Assembly (NCBI GenBank): GCA_043747615.1
Contig: JAYTOU010000038.1
Coordinates: 1 to 64,000, forward strand
Direction of reading: 5' to 3'
Origin: Myxococcales bacterium
GTDB lineage: Bacteria; Myxococcota_A; Polyangia; Polyangiales; Polyangiaceae
Length of the DNA: 64,000 nucleotides
Shown: piece by piece, positions 59,917 through 64,000 of the stretch
Layout: the number at the start of each line of letters is the position of its first letter
Position numbering within the stretch: the first letter of the stretch is position 1
The notes under the pieces: model-generated
Databases searched by the model: none
What the model was told of the DNA's origin: nothing
The model's input: only the letters and a program-made list of their open reading frames with translations
Position numbers and translations under genes: made by a program

Positions 59917-60582
59917 TCAGCGGGCCCGCTTCTTCTCTAAAATCCGAGGAGGAGGCGGGCCTGTCTTTTTTTGTGTGTAGGGCTTGAGGTAGCGACGGAG
60001 CATGACCTTCGTCTCCGCGAGGAGCGCGTCCGCGGTCAGATGATCACGGCGCACCGAGACGAGAAGCATCGAGGAGACGACCTCGACGATCATCGTCCCG
60101 ACGACCGAGCGCTGCCGCGCCGACAGGGAAGGCGCGTGAAACGTGAGGAGCATCTCGGCCCGACGCGCGAACTCGCGGTTGAGGGCGTCTCCGGCGGCGA
60201 GGAACTCCACCGACAGGCGCCAATTGAGGAGCACCGCGCGAAACGCCGGCGCCGACCGATGAAACCCGGCGAAGGTGTCGAGGATGGTGTCGATCAGCTT
60301 GTCCCAGGGCAGCTGGACGGCTTCTGGCGTGATCATCCCTTCGAAGAGCTCGCGCGCTTGCTCGAGGTAGCGTCCGGCCATGGCGTCGAAGAGCGAGGCC
60401 TTGTTCGGGAAGAATTGATAGAGCGAGCCTATCGACGTTCCAGCCCGCTCGGCGATGGCCTCGGTAGTCGCCGCGTCGTAGCCGGTCTCGATGAACTCGT
60501 GCGCAGCGGCGTCCAGGATCCGCTCCACGCGTTCGCGGCTTCGTGTTTGTAGGGGAATGCGACGGACTTTGGGCAGGCTCAT
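59917..60582 (-). CDS. TetR/AcrR-family regulator
   Basis: ILDAA...TTEAIAERAGTSIGSLYQFFPNK. Confidence 0.93.
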   Translation of the reverse strand: MSLPKVRRIPLQTRSRERVERILDAAAHEFIETGYDAATTEAIAERAGTSIGSLYQFFPNKASLFDAMAGRYLEQARELFEGMITPEAVQLPWDKLIDTILDTFAGFHRSAPAFRAVLLNWRLSVEFLAAGDALNREFARRAEMLLTFHAPSLSARQRSVVGTMIVEVVSSMLLVSVRRDHLTADALLAETKVMLRRYLKPYTQKKTGPPPPRILEKKRAR

Positions 60583-60592
60583 CTCGGCGCTC

Positions 60593-60649
60593 TTGACAAA
60601 CATGAGGACAAGCTCACATTCTTGTCAAACGTGAGGAAGCGCTCACGTT
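60593..60649. promoter_or_regulatory. Tandem TetR-type operators with overlapping divergent promoters
   Basis: AACATGAG-N6-CTCACATT (60599-60620) and perfect AACGTGAG-N6-CTCACGTT (60628-60649); TTGACA on + (60593-60598) and on - (60623-60628). Confidence 0.8.
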
Positions 60650-60669
60650 CTTGGCGGAGGGAATAGAAG

Positions 60670-62136
60670 ATGAGCGTGACGAATGGATTGACGGCGGGAC
60701 GAAGGGCGCCTGGGCCCAAAGGTCTGCCCCTGATGGGCAACCTCCTCGACGCATGGAAGGACCCCCGCGTCTTCTTCACTGAATCGATTCGCGACTTCGG
60801 AAACGTCGTGCAGTTTCAGTTCGGGCCGTTCCCGTACATTCTTTTGAACGATCTCGACGCGGTGAAGCACGTCCTCGTCGACAATCCGAAGAACTACACG
60901 AAGAGCCGCAGTTACAAGGGGATCAAGCTTCTATTGGGCCAAGGCTTGCTCACGAGCGAGGGGGATTTCTGGCGGCGGCAGCGGAAGCTCGCGCAGCCGG
61001 CATTTCATCGCGACAAACTCGCTGGCTTCGTGGAGACGATGGCGCGGGCGACCGAAAGCATGCTCGTCCGCTGGGAAGAGTCAGCAGCTCCCACGATGGA
61101 CGTTCACGAGGAGATGATGCGCCTGACGTTGCGCATCGTCGGGCTCACCCTTTTCAGCACGAACCTGGACGAGAACGCCGACGCCGTGGGGAAGGCCCTC
61201 GCGATCGCTCTGCCTTACGCCAACAACTACGCGACCGCTCTTTTGCCGCTTCCCCCTTGGGTCCCGACGGTGGCGAACCTGCGCTTTCGCCGTGCAAAGA
61301 CGACCCTGAACGACATGGTCTTCGGTCTCATCGCCAAGCGACGCACGATGGAGACCAAGCCGAACGATCTCCTCTCGATGCTGATGGACGTGAAGGACGA
61401 CGCAGGCGAAGGCATGAATGATCAGCAGCTCCGCGACGAGGCGATGACGATGGTCCTCGCCGGTCACGAGACGACCGCGAACGCGCTGGCCTGGACTTGG
61501 TATCTCTTGTCGAAGCATCCAGAGGCGGCGCGGCGCGTGGAGCGCGAGGTTCGTGAGGTCTTGGGCGGACGTGCGCCCACGCTCGACGATCTGAGCAAGC
61601 TCTCGTACACGCGCATGGTCATCGAAGAGTCGATGCGCCTCTATCCGCCGGCGTGGGCCTTCGAGCGCCAAGCGATCGAAGACGACGTGGTCGCCGGCTT
61701 TGGCGTGCCAAAGGGAACGCTTGTCGGGATCTGCCCCTTCACGCTTCATCGCAAGTCGGAATGCTGGGAAAATCCAGAGGGATTCGATCCCGAGCGCTTC
61801 ACGCCGGAGCGGGCTGCAGCGCGCCCACGCTATTCGTATCTACCGTTCGGGGGTGGTCCGCGTTTCTGCATCGGAAGCGCGTTCGCGATGATGGAGCTTC
61901 AGATCGTCGTGGCGATGGTCGCGCAGAAGCACAGTCTCGAGCTCCTGCCCGGGACAAACCCCGCGCTCGTTCCCGAGGTGACTCTCCGCCCCGACGGCGG
62001 GATCCCCATGCAGCGAAAACCGGTGCGCCACGACTCCCGAGTGCCGGCGACGCGCGCGAAGGATCAGGCTCCGCGGGCAGCGGCGATCAGCTCGGTCTTC
62101 AATGCGGCGAGCGCCGGAGTCATCCCCACCGGGTAA
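60670..62136 (+). CDS. Cytochrome P450
   Basis: AGHETTA, EESMR (ExxR), PERF, FGGGPRFCIG heme motif; GGAGG RBS. Confidence 0.96.
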   Translation: MSVTNGLTAGRRAPGPKGLPLMGNLLDAWKDPRVFFTESIRDFGNVVQFQFGPFPYILLNDLDAVKHVLVDNPKNYTKSRSYKGIKLLLGQGLLTSEGDFWRRQRKLAQPAFHRDKLAGFVETMARATESMLVRWEESAAPTMDVHEEMMRLTLRIVGLTLFSTNLDENADAVGKALAIALPYANNYATALLPLPPWVPTVANLRFRRAKTTLNDMVFGLIAKRRTMETKPNDLLSMLMDVKDDAGEGMNDQQLRDEAMTMVLAGHETTANALAWTWYLLSKHPEAARRVEREVREVLGGRAPTLDDLSKLSYTRMVIEESMRLYPPAWAFERQAIEDDVVAGFGVPKGTLVGICPFTLHRKSECWENPEGFDPERFTPERAAARPRYSYLPFGGGPRFCIGSAFAMMELQIVVAMVAQKHSLELLPGTNPALVPEVTLRPDGGIPMQRKPVRHDSRVPATRAKDQAPRAAAISSVFNAASAGVIPTG

Positions 62137-63521
62137 TACGACGGCGCTTCAAGGCGCTGGTGTTGAGGGTGAAGCGCGGCGACGCTCGCCATCGAGTACG
62201 CGCGAATGTCTCGCGCCGGCTGGGGCAAGCTCACCCGCTTTCCTTCGCGCATGACGTTGGTGAGGAGCTGCGCGCTCCTCGCGGACTTGAGCCGCGAAGG
62301 AAATCCGGTGGCTCGTTCGGTGAAGCGAACATCGCGGACGTCGTGAATGCGTTCGTTCGTGGCGTGAGCGACATCGGCGATCGGATGCCCGTCATCGTCG
62401 AAGTAACGAACGATCACCTTTCGCCCGGGATCGCTCGAGGCCGCCGCGGTGCGACCGAGGCGGATGCGCGGATTCCAGTTGCCGTCCGATTCGATGGCCG
62501 CCAGATCGTATTGGGCGACCCACGACGCGTCGTCGACGTCGAGAGACGAGACGATGAACCCCGAGACCGGCACGTCTCCCCGGCAAAGCTCCGCGATTCG
62601 AAACTCGTCGATGCCGCCGGAGGCCACGATCACGGGCGGACCGAGGCCTGCGGCCGCGAACGCTTGGATGGCCATGCGCGCGATTCCCGCGTGATCTCCG
62701 CCGCTGATCTCGATCGCGAGCTCTGTGTCCTGCCAGGTAGACGCCGAGGACTTACGCTTCCCGAGCGCCTCGATGGCGTGCCCGAGCGCGGTGGCCGCCT
62801 CGCGATGATCGATGCGCAAGATGGCGCGCTCACCGGACGCTCCGAGCCACGCATCGAAGGCGCTCTGCTCGTTCGGAGCAGCGAGGACGAGGCGAAGTGG
62901 AAGGGAGGCCCGCGCCGGAATTCCGTAGCGTCGAGAGGCAAGCGCCGAGGTCGTGCCGTGGGCGCCGCCGACGTACGCCGCACGCGAGACCAGTGGATTC
63001 CCACCGAGACGATGAGCCGTTGCGCCACTTGATTCGATCACCTCGCCACCGTCGGCTGCGAGAACGCACCGTGCCGCTTTGGTCGCCGCTCGCGTGGCTG
63101 AGTCGAGCGCGCTTCGTACGAACGAACCGACGAGCTGGGCCTGCCAGAACGGACCTTCGATGGTGACGACGGGCTCGGACGCAAAGACCACGCTCCCCTC
63201 CATCGCCGCGTCCACATCGCACGAGAAACGCATGTCCGCGAGCCGTCGCTTCGAGCGCGCATCGATGGCGCCGATGGACTCGAGCCAGGAAAGCTCGTCG
63301 GCCTTTGGCTTGAAACGCTCGAGCGCGTCCAAGAGAGGCTCGACGCCAGCGAGGACGAAGAAGCCCGTCTTGGTGCCCTGCCGCGCGAAGGAGCACTCGA
63401 ACGTCGAGCGTGCATCGGCAAACCCGCCGTGGATCGCGGCCGTCGCGGCCACGTAGGCGTCGAGCTCGATCGAAAGCGCGCTGACGGGAAGGAACGGGGG
63501 AGGCGGAGCGGGCGTCGGCAT
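62064..63521 (-). CDS. Nicotinate phosphoribosyltransferase (PncB)-fold protein with degenerate active site
   Basis: Scaffold motifs EG.VVF..EP, ATKAAR, SRAAYVGG, YGIP, ASGG.DE and PGRK present; catalytic motifs replaced. Confidence 0.8.
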   Translation of the reverse strand: MPTPAPPPPFLPVSALSIELDAYVAATAAIHGGFADARSTFECSFARQGTKTGFFVLAGVEPLLDALERFKPKADELSWLESIGAIDARSKRRLADMRFSCDVDAAMEGSVVFASEPVVTIEGPFWQAQLVGSFVRSALDSATRAATKAARCVLAADGGEVIESSGATAHRLGGNPLVSRAAYVGGAHGTTSALASRRYGIPARASLPLRLVLAAPNEQSAFDAWLGASGERAILRIDHREAATALGHAIEALGKRKSSASTWQDTELAIEISGGDHAGIARMAIQAFAAAGLGPPVIVASGGIDEFRIAELCRGDVPVSGFIVSSLDVDDASWVAQYDLAAIESDGNWNPRIRLGRTAAASSDPGRKVIVRYFDDDGHPIADVAHATNERIHDVRDVRFTERATGFPSRLKSARSAQLLTNVMREGKRVSLPQPARDIRAYSMASVAALHPQHQRLEAPSYYPVGMTPALAALKTELIAAARGA

Positions 63522-63579
63522 GGGCGATGAGCCTAGCCGACCTTCGCGAGGCTGTGTCGCGTGATACCCGTCACCCGAC

Positions 63580-64000
63580 CTACCGCACCCTCTTCGGCGT
63601 CTTCCACCGATACAGCTGTGCGGGCCGATGTGGCCCCGTGCGCCTCGTCGCCGCCGCCGGCTCGACCCATTCATGACGCAGGAGGCGCGCCCGAAAGTTT
63701 CGCTTGTCGAGCTCGCGACCGAGCACCGCTTCGTAAACGCGCTGCAGCTCCGAGAGCGTGAACCGCGAAGGAACGAGATCGAAGGTCGCCGGACGATTCG
63801 GCTGATTCAAGCGCTCTTGCAGCCGCGCGCGAGCAACATCGATGATCCGCGCGTGATCGAAGGCCAGCTTGATCGAGGGGCGATGCCGGCCGACCTGGGT
63901 TACCGGCAGCGTGCGCAGCGGATGCCAAGCCGCTTCTGCGGCGTCATCGCCGGCGACGACGGGGCGCGATTCAGCCACGGCAAACGTGTAGTACACAACG
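63580..64000 (-). CDS. nrtR: NrtR-family Nudix/wHTH regulator (5' end outside the window)
   Basis: GDDAAEAAW, LAFDH, FTLSELQRVYEAVLG..LDKRNFR, HRPAQLYR. Confidence 0.85.
   Translation of the reverse strand, partial: VVYYTFAVAESRPVVAGDDAAEAAWHPLRTLPVTQVGRHRPSIKLAFDHARIIDVARARLQERLNQPNRPATFDLVPSRFTLSELQRVYEAVLGRELDKRNFRARLLRHEWVEPAAATRRTGPHRPAQLYRWKTPKRVR

Overview
GC-rich, gene-dense bacterial chromosome segment. It is most consistent with Myxococcota (Polyangiaceae-like), based on a MYXO-CTERM protein, several eukaryotic-like Ser/Thr kinases, Cys-rich lipoproteins, PilZ proteins and an ECF/FecR pair; this is inference, with no database search. Housekeeping genes include dnaK, pcnB, comEC, hpt, rarA, yggS, rpoZ, gcvP, ogt/alkA, glpD, an rne/rng-family nuclease and sodB. 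RNA genes: tRNA-Arg(CCG), tRNA-Ser(TGA), tRNA-Ser(GCT) and a very short SRP RNA (ffs). There are two accessory regions. (i) 1-6400, at the 3' end of tRNA-Arg, carries a 1306-aa DUF4185/GH183-like lipoprotein translationally coupled to a partner lipoprotein. (ii) A ~1.5-kb relic island in tRNA-Ser(GCT) is bounded by a 27/29-bp direct repeat and carries an integrase remnant that reads into the att site plus a pseudokinase. The most striking theme is three intact ORFs whose catalytic residues are systematically replaced: a signal peptidase I homologue in a TCS/FHA cluster, a PncB homologue behind NrtR, and the island kinase. Also found: a MocR regulator broken by two deletions (the 459-aa track ORF is a chimera), a charge-segregated ~300-aa insert in the RNase E/G S1 domain, tandem TetR operators in front of a P450, and an unannotated 44-aa membrane ORF. 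All family calls come from motif recognition by eye.
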